Origin: an uncultured Verrucomicrobiae bacterium
GTDB taxonomy: Bacteria; Verrucomicrobiota; Verrucomicrobiia; Chthoniobacterales; Chthoniobacteraceae
DNA: 64,000 nucleotides
Reading direction: 5' to 3'
Assembly: GCA_963769025.1 (NCBI GenBank)
Contig: CAVYKI010000003.1
Span: 1,120,001-1,184,000, forward strand
In this document: positions 19,473 through 32,381 of the stretch, piece after piece
How the letters are laid out: every line of letters starts with the position of its first letter
Position numbering within the stretch: the first letter of the stretch is position 1
Notes under the pieces: generated by a model
The model's input: the letters and a program-made list of their open reading frames with translations, nothing else
Database searches by the model: none
Told to the model about the DNA's origin: nothing
Translations under genes and position numbers: made by a program

Positions 19473-20079
19473 ATGCGGCTGCTTTTCATCTCGCACCTTT
19501 TTCCGGACGGGAACGACCCGTGGCGCGGGCTCGAAAATGTGGCCATGCTGCAAACGCTGGCGAACCGCTGGGAAATCCGCGCCGCCGTGCTGCGCCCCGT
19601 CGGCGCCTGGTCCAAGCACGCCGGCTGGCATCCGCGCGCGGCGGATGTCGCCTTCCGTCCCGAGTTCGTCGCCACCTCCACCCTGCCGCTCGTCGGCACG
19701 CGCTGGAACGCTCCGCCGCGCGGCCCGTGCGCTCCGCAAGCGCCTCGTCCTTCTCCGGCGGGACTGGCCATTCGACGCCGTCCTCGTCGCTACGCTGCTC
19801 CCGGATGCCTGCGTGGTTTCGCGGCTGGCGGATGAATTCCAGTTCCGGTTCGTCGTGCTCTCGCTCCAGGACGAGTCGGCGCAGCGCCTCGGCTCGGGAG
19901 GCGCGCGGAAAATCGTCGCATCGCATCTCAGGCGCGCGGCGGGTGTCGTCACCGACAGTTCCGCGCTGAGCGAATTGCTTTCCAAATCCGCATTCCGCCA
20001 GGATCGGCTGACGCTCGTCTCCACGCACGAATCCGCCGCCGAGGCGTGCCACCGCCTGCTGCTCCCGGTCCGCGGCTGA
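19473..20079 (+). CDS. Glycosyltransferase family 4 N-terminal domain-like protein (one frameshift)
   Basis: [12 protein letters not shown] joined to [18 protein letters not shown]; no C-terminal GT domain visible. Confidence 0.55.
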
Positions 20080-21198
20080 AGGCTACACGCTCGCGGCGCG
20101 AGTCGGCGATCGCGCTCCGGACCATCAGCATCTCGCCGATGTTTTCCATCGTGAAAAGGCCGACGAGCTTTCCATCCTCGTCCGTCACCGGCAGCACCGG
20201 CACGCCGCGCTGCTGCATCATCTTGAACGCCTCGTCGAACGGCGTCCGCGGATCGCACGATCGGAAAATCCTCTCGCATCACGCCCAGCACCGGCGCCTC
20301 CGGGCCGGACGCCCGCAGCGCCGTCACCAGCTCGGTGCGGGTGAAAATCCCGCGCAGCGTGCCATCCGGATCGACCACGGGGAACTCGTGCTGCGAAGTG
20401 TGCAGCAGCACATCCGCAGCCTCGCCGAGACTCGCATTGCGCGGCAGCGACTTGAATGCAGTGACCATCGCGGCCGAAACCGACAGGCCACGGCTGAGGA
20501 ATTGCATCTGCGACGCGCCCGCCTCGCCCGCGGCCGCCATGTAGACGAAAATCGCCACGATGATGAGCATGGGATTTTGCGGCAGCCCCACGACATTCCC
20601 GAACAGGCCGACAAAGCCGAGGGCGAACGCGATCGCCTGGCCGACCCGCGCGGCGACCTGCGTGGCGCGGTGATGCCCTATCCGCATCGCGAGCACCGCG
20701 CGCAGCACGCGCCCTCCGTCCATTGGAAATGCCGGGATGAGATTGAAGAGCACCAGAATCACGTTCACCGCCATCACCTGCTGGACGAGCGTGCCGCCGC
20801 AGATCGATCACGCCACCCTCTCCGTGCGTGCCAAAGAGCGTGAGCGCCAGCCACAGCGCGGCGGCGATGACCACGTTCACAATCGGCCCCGCGAGCGCGA
20901 TGACGATTTCCTCGCCCGGCTTTTCCGGCATCCGCTCGATGCGCGCGACGCCGCCAAAGGGATACAGCGTGATGTCCGGCGTGCGGATGCCGTAACGGCG
21001 CGCGGCCAGTGCGTGGCCGAACTCGTGCAGCAGCACGCAGAAGAAAACGAGGCACATGAAAACCGTCCAGTGCAGCGCCTCGGCAGCCCCGCCGGCCTGG
21101 TAGTTCGCCGCCGCCAGCCACGCGAGCAGCAGGAAAAATGTGAGATGGATCCGGACTTCGGTTCCGGCGATTCGACCCAGTCTGAGTGCCCAGCGCAT
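20076..21198 (-). CDS. Site-2 (M50) zinc metalloprotease with CBS domains (frameshifted)
   Basis: [27 protein letters not shown], followed by CBS repeats ([15 protein letters not shown]). Confidence 0.9.
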
Positions 21199-21257
21199 TG
21201 CGGTTTCACGTCGCCCACGACGCTGCGGAAGTCAAACCGCGACGTGACTTTCTCCGG

Positions 21258-21296
21258 AAAAGACGAAACGCCGCCCCGCGAACGGGACGGCGTTTC
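21258..21296 (-). terminator. Intrinsic terminator after glnII
   Basis: Minus: GAAACGCCGTCCCG-TTCG-CGGGGCGGCGTTTC followed by GTCTTTT. Confidence 0.75.
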
Positions 21297-21342
21297 TGAT
21301 GAACCTTTGGGACTTCTCCGAGTCCCCTTAAAGGCTGGAGCG

Positions 21343-22373
21343 TTACTTGGTCGGGACCGTGGCGATCGTCTGCAGGATGCGGCTCGGCGATCTTGTACGG
21401 ATCGCCCTGCGAGTTCGGACGGCGGTCTTCGAGGTAGCCCTTGTAGCCGTTGTTCACGAAGCTGTGCGGGACGCGGACGGACGCGCCGCGGTTGGCGACG
21501 CCGTAGTTGAATTTGTCGATCGACTGCGTCTCGTGCAGACCGGTGAGGCGCAGGTGATTGTCCGGGCCGTACACGGCGATGTGCTCGTTCTTGTACTTGT
21601 CGAACGCCGCCATGAGCGCCTCGAAGTATTCCTTGCCGCCGACTGTCGCGCATGTGCTCGGTCGAGAAGTTCGCGTGCATGCCGGAGCCGTTCCAGTCGA
21701 CGTCCTTGCCGAGCGGCTTGCAGTGGAAGTTCACGTCCACGCCGTACTTCTCGCAGAGGCGGATGAGGAGGTAGCGGGCGACCCACATCTCGTCGGCGGC
21801 GTTCTTGGAGCCCTTGCCGAAGATCTGGAATTCCCACTGGCCCTTCGCCACTTCGGCGTTGATGCCTTCGTGGTTGATGCCGGCATCGAGGCAGAGGTCG
21901 AGGTGCGTGTCGACGATCTCGCGGGCGATGTCGCCGACGTTCTTGTAGCCGACGCCGGTGTAGTATTCGCCCTGCGGCGGCGGGAAGCCGCCACCGGTCG
22001 GGAAGCCGAGCGGCACGCCGTCCTGGTAGAGGAAATATTCCTGCTCGAAGCCGAACCAGGCGCCGGGATCATCGAGGATGGTCGGCGCGGGCATTGGTCG
22101 GATGCGGGGTGTCGCCGTCCGGCATCATGACTTCGCACATGACGAGCACGCCGTTCTTCCTGGTGCGTGTCGGGATAGACCGCCACGGGCTTGAGCATGC
22201 AGTCCGAGCTCTGGCCCTCGGCCTGCCGGGTCGAGCTGCCGTCGAAGCCCCACATCGGGAGTTCTTCGAGCTTCGGGAAAGCTGTCGAATTCCTTGATCT
22301 GGGTTTTGCCGCGGAGGTTGGGGACGGGCTCGTAGCCGTCGAGCCAGATGTATTCGAGTTTGTATTTCGCCAT
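21343..22373 (-). CDS. glnII: Glutamine synthetase type II (frameshifted)
   Basis: [84 protein letters not shown]; about 340 aa. Confidence 0.93.
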
Positions 22374-22484
22374 TGTTGTGTTGGTTGTGGTGTCTGTTTT
22401 TGAGCGGCCTGCGCAATTTGTGACCGCTGATGTTGTTGGTTTTTACCCTGTTACAGGGACGGGTTCGGGCGCGTCTCAGAATTG

Positions 22485-22501
22485 AGCAATTGGAGTGCCA
22501 A
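22485..22501 (-). promoter_or_regulatory. Sigma-54 promoter of glnII
   Basis: Minus strand TTGGCACTCCAATTGCT, near-perfect TGGCAC-N5-TTGCW, about 110 nt upstream of the start. Confidence 0.85.
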
Positions 22502-22622
22502 ATTTGAGACTAGCAGGTCTGATACCACCAAATTCCAGCCCACGGTCAAGGCGGGCGATCCGCAAAAATACGTCAGCGATCCATGCTTGCCGGATCGTGC
22601 CGGATGCGCAGGCTCTGGCGAA

Positions 22623-23014
22623 ATGCGTGACGTCAAAGACACACTGCGGGCGCTGGTGCGAATCAGCTACGATGGCCGCGTCTTCAAGACGTTCCGCGGA
22701 CCGAAGGCGGAGGAGCGTTTCGACACCGAGGTCCGCGTGCTGCGGCATCTGGAAGAACGCGGCTGCCCGTTCGTCCCGCGTCTGCTGGAGGTCCGATCCG
22801 GAGGAACTCCGCATCGTGACCACGAGCTGCGGCTCGCGCGTCGAACATCTCGACGATGCGCGCGTCCCCGAGCTTTTCGCCGAACTCCTCCCCTACGGCG
22901 TCCGCCACGACGATGCCGACATGCGCAACGTCACCTACCGCCAGTCCGACGGGCGCTTTTGCCTGATCGATTTCGAGTTCGCCACCATCCTGCCCGGCTT
23001 TGAGTCCCCTCCCG

Positions 23015-23031
<17 letters not shown>
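22623..23031 (+). CDS. Minimal protein-kinase-like protein (about 135 aa; one frameshift near 22792)
   Basis: RVFK (beta3 Lys), FDTE (helix C Glu), HDDADMRN (HxDxxxxN), LIDFE. Confidence 0.75.
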
Positions 23032-25444
<2,413 letters not shown>

Positions 25445-25453
25445 GCGCCTCGC

Positions 25454-25477
25454 AGCGCAGCTCTCCGGAGCTGCGCT
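25454..25477. terminator. Hairpin between convergent proS and thioredoxin genes
   Basis: AGCGCAGCTC-TCCG-GAGCTGCGCT perfect 10-bp inverted repeat; no U tract. Confidence 0.5.
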
Positions 25478-25493
25478 ACAAGTCTGGGGCGCG

Positions 25494-25937
25494 TCACTTC
25501 GCCGGCTTCGCCGCGGCGACCTTCGCCTTCAGCTCTTCGAGGAATGTGGGGGAGTAGCCGCCCCACTGGTTGATGGTCTTCCCGTCCGCATCGACGAGCA
25601 CGAGCGTCGGGAAGCCGTTCACCTTGAACTCGCCCTTGAGCTTCGCGTTCTGATCGGCGGTTTGCTTCGGCAGCTTCTTTCCCTGCGGGAAGTCGATGAT
25701 CACCGGCACGAGGTTTTCCTTCGCGAACGCCTTGAAGTCGGGCTTCGCGAATACCTCCTTGTCGAGCTTGATGCACCAGCCGCACCAGTCGCTGCCGGTG
25801 AAGTCGAGCAGCACGAGTTTCTTTTCGGCCTTCGCCTGGGTGAGGGCCTTCTTGTAGTTGTCCGTCCAGCCCGTGGCGGCGAACGAGACGTGGGAGACGA
25901 GGAGGAGGACGCTGAGGAGGCTGAGGAACTTTTTCAT
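25494..25937 (-). CDS. Exported thioredoxin-family protein
   Basis: Signal peptide; LLDFTGSDWCGWC; GFPTLV. Confidence 0.9.
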   Translation of the reverse strand: MKKFLSLLSVLLLVSHVSFAATGWTDNYKKALTQAKAEKKLVLLDFTGSDWCGWCIKLDKEVFAKPDFKAFAKENLVPVIIDFPQGKKLPKQTADQNAKLKGEFKVNGFPTLVLVDADGKTINQWGGYSPTFLEELKAKVAAAKPAK

Positions 25938-26016
25938 AGGTGGGATGAGACTGGTCCTGCGTGCCGGCCGTTCAAACCAAAAAAAGCGCCGCGGGCGAAA
26001 CCGCTGGCCACCGTTT

Positions 26017-26935
26017 CTAGCCGAACTTCAATTTTCCTGAGGCCGCGGCGAGGGCGATGACGCCGCCGACCGCGATGACGCCGCCGAGGACCGTGCGCCG
26101 CGTGGGGCGATGTCCGTCCATTTTCCAGACGAGGAATTGCGTGATCACCGGCACGGTCGCGACGACGGGCATGAGGATGCCGGTCGGCGTCGTGGCCACG
26201 CCCCATTGGTAAACGGCGACGCCGACGCCGGGGCCGGCGAGCGCGTTCGCGACGATCCACGGCCAGGCGCGCGGCCAGGCGCGGGGTTCGCGGGTTTCCG
26301 GGGTGCGTCTGGCGATCAGGTAAAAGACGAGTGCGACGAGGATTCCGGGGACGAGGCGTTCGTAGGCGGCGGTTGCGCCGGCGATGATTCCCTCGGTGAC
26401 GCCGTGCGGCTGGGGATAAAATGCGCTCGCCTTTCTGCTCAGCACGGAGCCGAAGCCCTGCCCGGCCGCGGAGCCGAGCCCGCACAGCACGCCGATCCAA
26501 AAGGCGCGGCGCGGGATGGCAATCCCTCGGTCCGGCGCGAGGGCAAGGGCGACTCCGGCGAGGATGACGAGCGCGCACGCGATTTCCGCCACGCCGAGAC
26601 GCGTGTCGAGCCAGAGCCATTCGGTGATCGCCGCGAGCGGGGCCGCGAGGCAGTGCGTGAGCAGCATCGTGAGCCGCGGGCCGATGCGCGAAATCGCGCC
26701 GAACATCGCGACATCGCCGAGGCCAAATCCGATGAAGCCGCTCGCGACGAACCACGGCAGCGCGGGCCCGCCGAGCAGTTCGCTGCCCGGCGGTATGCGC
26801 GCAAAGCCCGAGGAGCACGGCCGCGACGAGCAGCCGGGCGAGATTCGCACGCGCGCCGCCGACGATCCGCGCGGAGCGCGCCGCGCAGATGGCGGAGCAG
26901 CTCCACAGGAATGTGGTGAGGATGGCGGGCAGCAT
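26017..26935 (-). CDS. DMT/EamA family transporter (frameshifted)
   Basis: Hydrophobic; SGFIGFGLGD..F.AISRIGPRLT typical of EamA. Confidence 0.8.
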
Positions 26936-27033
26936 GGAGCCGCGGAGTTAGCGACAGCGGCGCGCGAGGGCCAAGGACAAAGCCGAGCGCTTCCCGCGTT
27001 GACCGCGGGCGCCGGAGCGGCGTTTAATGCGGC

Positions 27034-27297
27034 ATGTCCGAGCCGAAAAAACCCGCACGCGAGCCGGAGGCCATGAAGCCGGTGAGCGACCTCGTCCAGA
27101 AAGCCGCGGAGGAAGTCCGCAAGCAGCCCGTGAAGTCGCTCGTATGGGCGTTCTTCGTCGGCATTTTCCTCACCATCTTTCCCATCGGCCGCATCCTCGG
27201 CCTGTTCACGGGCATCATTTTCGGGCTGCTGCGTCCGGTGCTCCTCCTGCTCGGGCTGGTGAAAATCTCCGAGGTCCTCAACGAGAGGAGAAAGTGA
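27034..27297 (+). CDS. Small membrane protein
   Basis: 87 aa, hydrophobic C-half; TGATG-coupled to the next ORF. Confidence 0.6.
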   Translation: MSEPKKPAREPEAMKPVSDLVQKAAEEVRKQPVKSLVWAFFVGIFLTIFPIGRILGLFTGIIFGLLRPVLLLLGLVKISEVLNERRK

Positions 27298-27467
27298 TGG
27301 ACCCGGCGGAAATGGCCCGGCGTGCGAAGGAGGCCGCGAGCGAAATCGGCGACTTTGCCAGACGCGCCGCCGCAAATCCCGTGTCCGCATTGCTCACCGC
27401 GCTGGCGGCGGGCTTCGTCTTCGGGCTGGTGCTGCGGGCGTTCGAGCGTCCGCGGCGCGAGGAGTAG
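27297..27467 (+). CDS. Small tail-anchored membrane protein (ElaB/YqjD-like C-terminus)
   Basis: ANPVSALLTALAAGFVFGLVLR..RPRR. Confidence 0.5.
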   Translation: MDPAEMARRAKEAASEIGDFARRAAANPVSALLTALAAGFVFGLVLRAFERPRREE

Positions 27468-27501
27468 CGGCGCTTCGCTCGAACGCTCGGCGGAAGACCG
27501 C

Positions 27502-27973
27502 CTACGACGCGGCGGAAGAGCGCCTGGACATCCGTGGCGTCCATGTCGCAAAGGTCGAGCGCAGTCTCGCCGCGGGCCGAGGCGGTCTTGAGCTGCTCGG
27601 AGATTTGTTTCACGGCCGGAGCGGCGTAGTATTTCATCGAGCCGACGGTCTGCTCCGTGCCGAAGATGACCACGAGGATGCAGTTCTCGTCGATGTTCAG
27701 GATGAGCGTGCTGTAGGTCTCGCCCTGCTGGTACATGCTGGTGAAATTGTGCTCGTTGACGAGCTGCGCCATGAACTGCGTGGCGTTGTAGGCGTTCGAG
27801 CCGAGCGTCGCGAGCGTCGTGGTGTCGAGCGCCTCGGCGTTGCCGTACTGGTGGATGAGATACCCCGCCTTCTCGACGACCATCGTCAGCATCGCCTCAC
27901 TCTTCCGGACGAGGTCCGAGAGGACCTTGTCGAAGAATTGCATGTCTGCCTCGATCAGTTGTGGAAAAGCCAT
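27502..27973 (-). CDS. mglB: MglB-type roadblock/LC7 protein (GAP)
   Basis: VVEKAGYLI..G..DTTTLATLGSNAYNAT...LVNEHNF..YQQGE..LVVIF; adjacent to mglA. True stop probably near 27502; the ORF track reads on to 27278. Confidence 0.85.
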
Positions 27974-27998
27974 GTGGTAAACGTGGTACGGGCTGCGG

Positions 27999-28598
27999 TT
28001 ACTTGTTGAGGTATTTGTGGATGAGCAGCTTCGTGATCATGTTCAGCGTCTCGAACACGCCGTCGCACTTGTTCGCGCTCGCCTCGAAGAACGGGACATG
28101 CACCTCGCGGTTGTTCAGCACGTATTCCATGTACTCCACCGGGGCGACCTCGCCCATGTCTCGCTTGTTGTACTGCATGACGTAAGGGATGTCCTCGAGC
28201 GAGAGGTTCAGCGACTTCAGGTTGTCCTGCATGTGGCCGAAGGTCTCGATGTTCTCGCCCATCTTGTCGTACTGCGAGTCGGCGACGAACACGATGCCGT
28301 CCACGCCGCGGAGCACGATCTGGCGCGTGGCATTGTAGATGACCTGGCCGGGCACGGTGAAGAGCGAGAACTTCGTCTTGAAGCCCTTGATCGTCGTCGC
28401 CTCGAGCGGGAAGAAGTCGAAGAACAGCGTGCGGTCGCTGCTCGTGGCGAGCGAGGTCATCTTCCCTTTCTGCGTGGTGTCCGGGACCTGGACGTTGGCG
28501 TGGACCTGTTCGAGGTTCGTGGTCTTGCCGCTTTTTGCCGGACCGTAATACACGATCTTGAGCTGCAGTTCCTTGGTTGCGCGATTGATGATTGCCAT
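27999..28598 (-). CDS. mglA: MglA small Ras-like GTPase
   Basis: KIVYYGPAKSGKTTN, DRTLFFDF, TVPGQ, VFVADSQ, NKRD, EASA. Confidence 0.95.
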   Translation of the reverse strand: MAIINRATKELQLKIVYYGPAKSGKTTNLEQVHANVQVPDTTQKGKMTSLATSSDRTLFFDFFPLEATTIKGFKTKFSLFTVPGQVIYNATRQIVLRGVDGIVFVADSQYDKMGENIETFGHMQDNLKSLNLSLEDIPYVMQYNKRDMGEVAPVEYMEYVLNNREVHVPFFEASANKCDGVFETLNMITKLLIHKYLNK

Positions 28599-28610
28599 GA
28601 TTGAGGGCTG

Positions 28611-30332
28611 TTACGAGTTATGGGCCGCGAGCTGGTTCGCGAGGTTGCCGAGGTTTTCAGGGAGCCTTTCGCCAGCGCGACCGAGGGTTCCGAAGTAGAT
28701 CTTCCCGCGCCGTGCGATGTGACACGGCCCGTGCTCGGTCTGGATGGTGATTTCCAAGGCGGCGCCGAGCTGCATCTCCGTGGTGTACTTTTCCAAGCGT
28801 CCGAAAATCTGCGGCATGAATGCCGCAAACGTGTCCGCTGAAAAGCCGGGCGGAAGCTTCTGCGCGATGGCCATTCCCTCATCGAGGCCGACCACGGCGC
28901 CTGCTACTCCGGGCAAGTCGCAGGCGAGCCGGACGATTTCCGCCGGGGACGAAGCGCTCGCAGTGAGAGGCGTGGCGGCTGGTTCGACGACCGGCTCTGC
29001 AACAGGTTCCGCGATCGCTGCGACCGGCGCGGGCTCTTCCTCCATCGGGACCGCCTCCTCGCGGACGAGTGTGAATTTCAGCGGGGCGCCGACTGGTTCC
29101 GGCGCGGGTGCCGCGATTTCGACAGGCGGTTCGACGACAGCCGGAACGGCTTCGGCGACCGGCGCGGGCGCGGCGACGGCTGCGGGTTCCGCTGCGGGAG
29201 CGATGACGGGAGCCTCGGCTTTTGCCGGCTGCCCGGCGGAAGGGCCGAAGAAGTCCGGCAGGCTGTGATCGATCTCCGCGGCTTCCCGGCGCTTCGTTGC
29301 GCCGGTCGCGGCGACAAAGGCGGGCGCCATGATCCTCAGCGGGAAAACCAGCTCGAAGTCCTCGGGGATGGCCGCGGCCGCGGTCAGTCCGGGCTTCAGC
29401 CACATGCGCACCTGCGACCAGGGAAATGCGACGCGGCCCTTTTGCAGGCCGGCGCTCACCGCGGGTGCCGGGATCACGAATTTCGTGTCGCCGGAAACGT
29501 GCGACAGTGCGCTGCGGATTCCCTCGGGCCAGGCTGATGCGAGCTCGACAAACGAAATCACCAGCTCGCCATTGGAGACGGCCGCGGGCGTCGCGCGCGG
29601 CTTCGGGGCGCTCGCCGGCGCCTGCGGTTTCGGAGTGCTCACCGGCGCAGGTGCGACGGCGTGGCCGTTGCCATTGCCGTTACCATTGGCCGGAATCTCC
29701 GATGCGGGCGCGATGCCGGGCATTCTCACGATCTTCGGCTGCTCGACGCGCGGCAAGGGAATCTGCACCGGCTGCGGCGCGGGTGCGGTCGGCTTTGGGG
29801 CTTCGCTCCGCTGCGCTTCGGCTGCAGCGGCAGCGGCTGGCGTCACGCTGCGCGTATTGCCGTTCTTTCCAAAAAGTCCCGCGACGTCATCCGGGACATC
29901 ATAGCGGCGCTGGTCGCTGCGCCGTCCGAGCCGGGCGGCGTCCACGCATTTGAAAACCTCGGCGAGCGGGACATCCACCATCTGCTTGTCCTCGACGGCC
30001 GTTTTTTTGAACGTCCCCTGCGGCGCCTGGCGGAGCAGGCTCGCGAGCGACATCTTCACGGCCCCGGTCGCGAGTTGCTTCAGGATCGTATTCACGGGCA
30101 GCACGATCTTCACGCTGGGATCCGGCATCTGGTTGACGATGGCGCGCAGCTCCTGCGGCAGCTTCTCGAGAATCGCGCGCAGCGGGAGTGAGGCGACCTC
30201 GACTCCGCCGCCGACCGGTTTCTCCGCGACACGCGCCACGGGCACCGGAGCCGCTGCAACAACACCGGGCGCCGCAGCGACCGCCGCCGCCTCATCCTTG
30301 CCGAACATCCGTTTGAGAAACTTGAACATCAT
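28611..30332 (-). CDS. Pro/Ala-rich protein with two internal repeats and C-terminal roadblock domain
   Basis: C-terminus LPGVAGAVVGLDEGMAIA...AAFMPQIFGRL..ELGAALEITI is roadblock-like; first gene of the mglA/mglB run. Confidence 0.8.
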   Translation of the reverse strand: MMFKFLKRMFGKDEAAAVAAAPGVVAAAPVPVARVAEKPVGGGVEVASLPLRAILEKLPQELRAIVNQMPDPSVKIVLPVNTILKQLATGAVKMSLASLLRQAPQGTFKKTAVEDKQMVDVPLAEVFKCVDAARLGRRSDQRRYDVPDDVAGLFGKNGNTRSVTPAAAAAAEAQRSEAPKPTAPAPQPVQIPLPRVEQPKIVRMPGIAPASEIPANGNGNGNGHAVAPAPVSTPKPQAPASAPKPRATPAAVSNGELVISFVELASAWPEGIRSALSHVSGDTKFVIPAPAVSAGLQKGRVAFPWSQVRMWLKPGLTAAAAIPEDFELVFPLRIMAPAFVAATGATKRREAAEIDHSLPDFFGPSAGQPAKAEAPVIAPAAEPAAVAAPAPVAEAVPAVVEPPVEIAAPAPEPVGAPLKFTLVREEAVPMEEEPAPVAAIAEPVAEPVVEPAATPLTASASSPAEIVRLACDLPGVAGAVVGLDEGMAIAQKLPPGFSADTFAAFMPQIFGRLEKYTTEMQLGAALEITIQTEHGPCHIARRGKIYFGTLGRAGERLPENLGNLANQLAAHNS

Positions 30333-30491
30333 GGTTGGAATTTTCGAAAAGGACTAAGCAGCCCAGATGCCATCCCGAGGTAAGACTGAGGAAATGTTTT
30401 TGGGGCCCGCTCGGCCCGCGCCTTGCTAACGAAAGATGTCCGACACCTCGCCTCTCACTCTGCAGCCTCACCTCATCCGCACATCAGCCCC

Positions 30492-31549
30492 ATGGCCACG
30501 CGCCAAAAAATTCTCATCCTCGACGACGAGCAGGACCTCCTGGAAATCTACCAGGAGATCCTCGCACGGCTGCCCAGCCAGCCGGAAATCCGAACCGCAA
30601 GCGCCGGGCAGGACGCCATCGCGATGCTCGAAAACGAGCCTTTCGCACTCCTGCTCGTCGACCTGAACATGCCGCAGATGGACGGCTTCCAGGTCCTCGC
30701 CATCGTCCGCCGCCGCTTCCCCGCGCTGCGCACCGTGGTGATGACCGGCTCCACCGAGGACGACCTCCGCGCCCGCGCCTACCGCGTCGGCGTGGATCTC
30801 TACATGGAGAAGCCGAAGACCGGCCGCGAGATCATCTTCTTCGTGGACTGCATCGAGAGCCTCCTCGAGCGCGAGAGCCAGGGCGGCTTCCGCGGCGTGC
30901 AGAGCAAGACGCTGATGGACATCATCCAGATGGAATGCCTCACGCAAAATTCCTGCGTGCTGAAAATCACGAGCGCGCTCGGCGAGGGGCGCATCTGGAT
31001 TCAGAAAGGCGAAATCGTGGATGCCGCCGTGGAGGACAAGGTCGGCAAGCCGGCCATCGTCGAGATGATCGGGTGGAAGGCCGGCAACTTCGAAGTGCTT
31101 CCCGCGGGCCTGCCGCGTCCGCGCACCATCTTCGTCCAATACGAAAGCCTCCTCATGGAGACCGCGCAGTCGCTCGACGAGGCGGACGAGGCGAACGCAG
31201 CGGAAAACCAGACGCCCGAATCGCTCCTCAGCGCATTCTCGCGCTTCACCGGCGTGCAGTTCGCGATGGCCGTGGAACTCGGCGAAGGCGAAAAAATACG
31301 AGCACTGGGGATGCGACGATCCCGCGCCGCTCGCCGTGTGGATTCACCAGACTGCGCACGCCTTCAAGCGCCTCGGCACCGAGCTCAAGGCCGGCGAGCT
31401 TCACGACATCCAGGCGTTCGGTTCGCAGCGCAATCTCGCCATTCTCTCCGCCGACGAGGAAGTGCTCGGCATCGGCTTCACCCGCGCGCTCGCCGTGCAA
31501 CAAGTCCGCGAAACCCTCAGCCAGATCGAAATCACGATGGGCGTCCTAA
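30492..31549 (+). CDS. Response regulator REC-DUF4388(PatA-like)-roadblock-like (frameshifted)
   Basis: ILILDDE..LVDLNMPQMDG; GFRGVQSKTLMDIIQMECL..GRIWIQKGEIVDA; C-terminus reconstructed across frameshifts, ending WAS*. Confidence 0.8.
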
Positions 31550-31862
31550 AACCATTTGTCCGAACCACCGTTCCTGTCGAAGCCGGACGCATGCCCTCGG
31601 GCTGCTTCGCCGTGCATCGCGAAGGGGAGATCATCTGCAGCACGCTGCCGCATTGGTTTTCCACCAAGACCGCGATCGAGATCGGCCGCGTGGTGCTCGC
31701 CTCGTTCCGCATCGCGGCCGAGACGAATGTCGCGCTCAACGAGCTCTCCATCCACTACAGCGGACTCACCGTCGTCGCCCGCGACCTCCGCGGCGGCGCC
31801 CTCATCTTCCTCACCCCGAACGCCACACTACTTTGCCCGCAAAGCACCGCCCACGCACATGA
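31537..31862 (+). CDS. Small hypothetical protein, possible roadblock/longin-like fold
   Basis: MGVLKPF..PSGCFAVHREGEIICSTLP..IGRVVLASF..LNELSIHY..VARDLRGGALIFL; end uncertain. Confidence 0.55.
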
Positions 31863-32261
31863 ACTACAAGAACCTCGAAGACTTCATCCTTCACCTCGAG
31901 ACGCACATCGAGTGCTGGAAGCAGTTCAACTCCTTCGTCACTCTCGCCCGCGACAAGAAATTCACCGCGGAGGACGAGGCGCAGTTCCTCGACCTGAAGA
32001 GCCTCATCACGCAGGGCACGGAAATCATCCAGGCCAGCGAGGTGAAAGGCGGCCTGCGCAAGGAGGACGTGCTCCAGCTCTTCGCCGGCGCGCCCATCGC
32101 TCCGCTACCTCGCGGAAATGAGCGACAGCATCCCGACCGTCGAAGGCCAGTGGCACCGCATCTACCTCCACCTGCAAAGCCTGCTCGGCCAGCTCAAGGT
32201 CCAGCAGAACAAGCAGTCCGAGAAAGCAACGAGCGGCTGGAGCCTCTTCGGGCGAAAGTAG
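31859..32261 (+). CDS. Hypothetical helical protein (frameshifted)
   Basis: MNYKNLEDFILHLETHIECWKQF...WHRIYLHLQSLLGQLKVQQ..SGWSLFGRK*. Confidence 0.7.
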
Positions 32262-32381
32262 CGCGCAGCGCACGGGCCGATCACCGGTAGCCGCCGACGG
32301 CAGGAGGCGGGCACGCTCGTCTTCGCGCCGCACGTGTATTCTGCCGGTGCAACCAGTCTGCCCGCTTCCTTCCGTCAGCGG

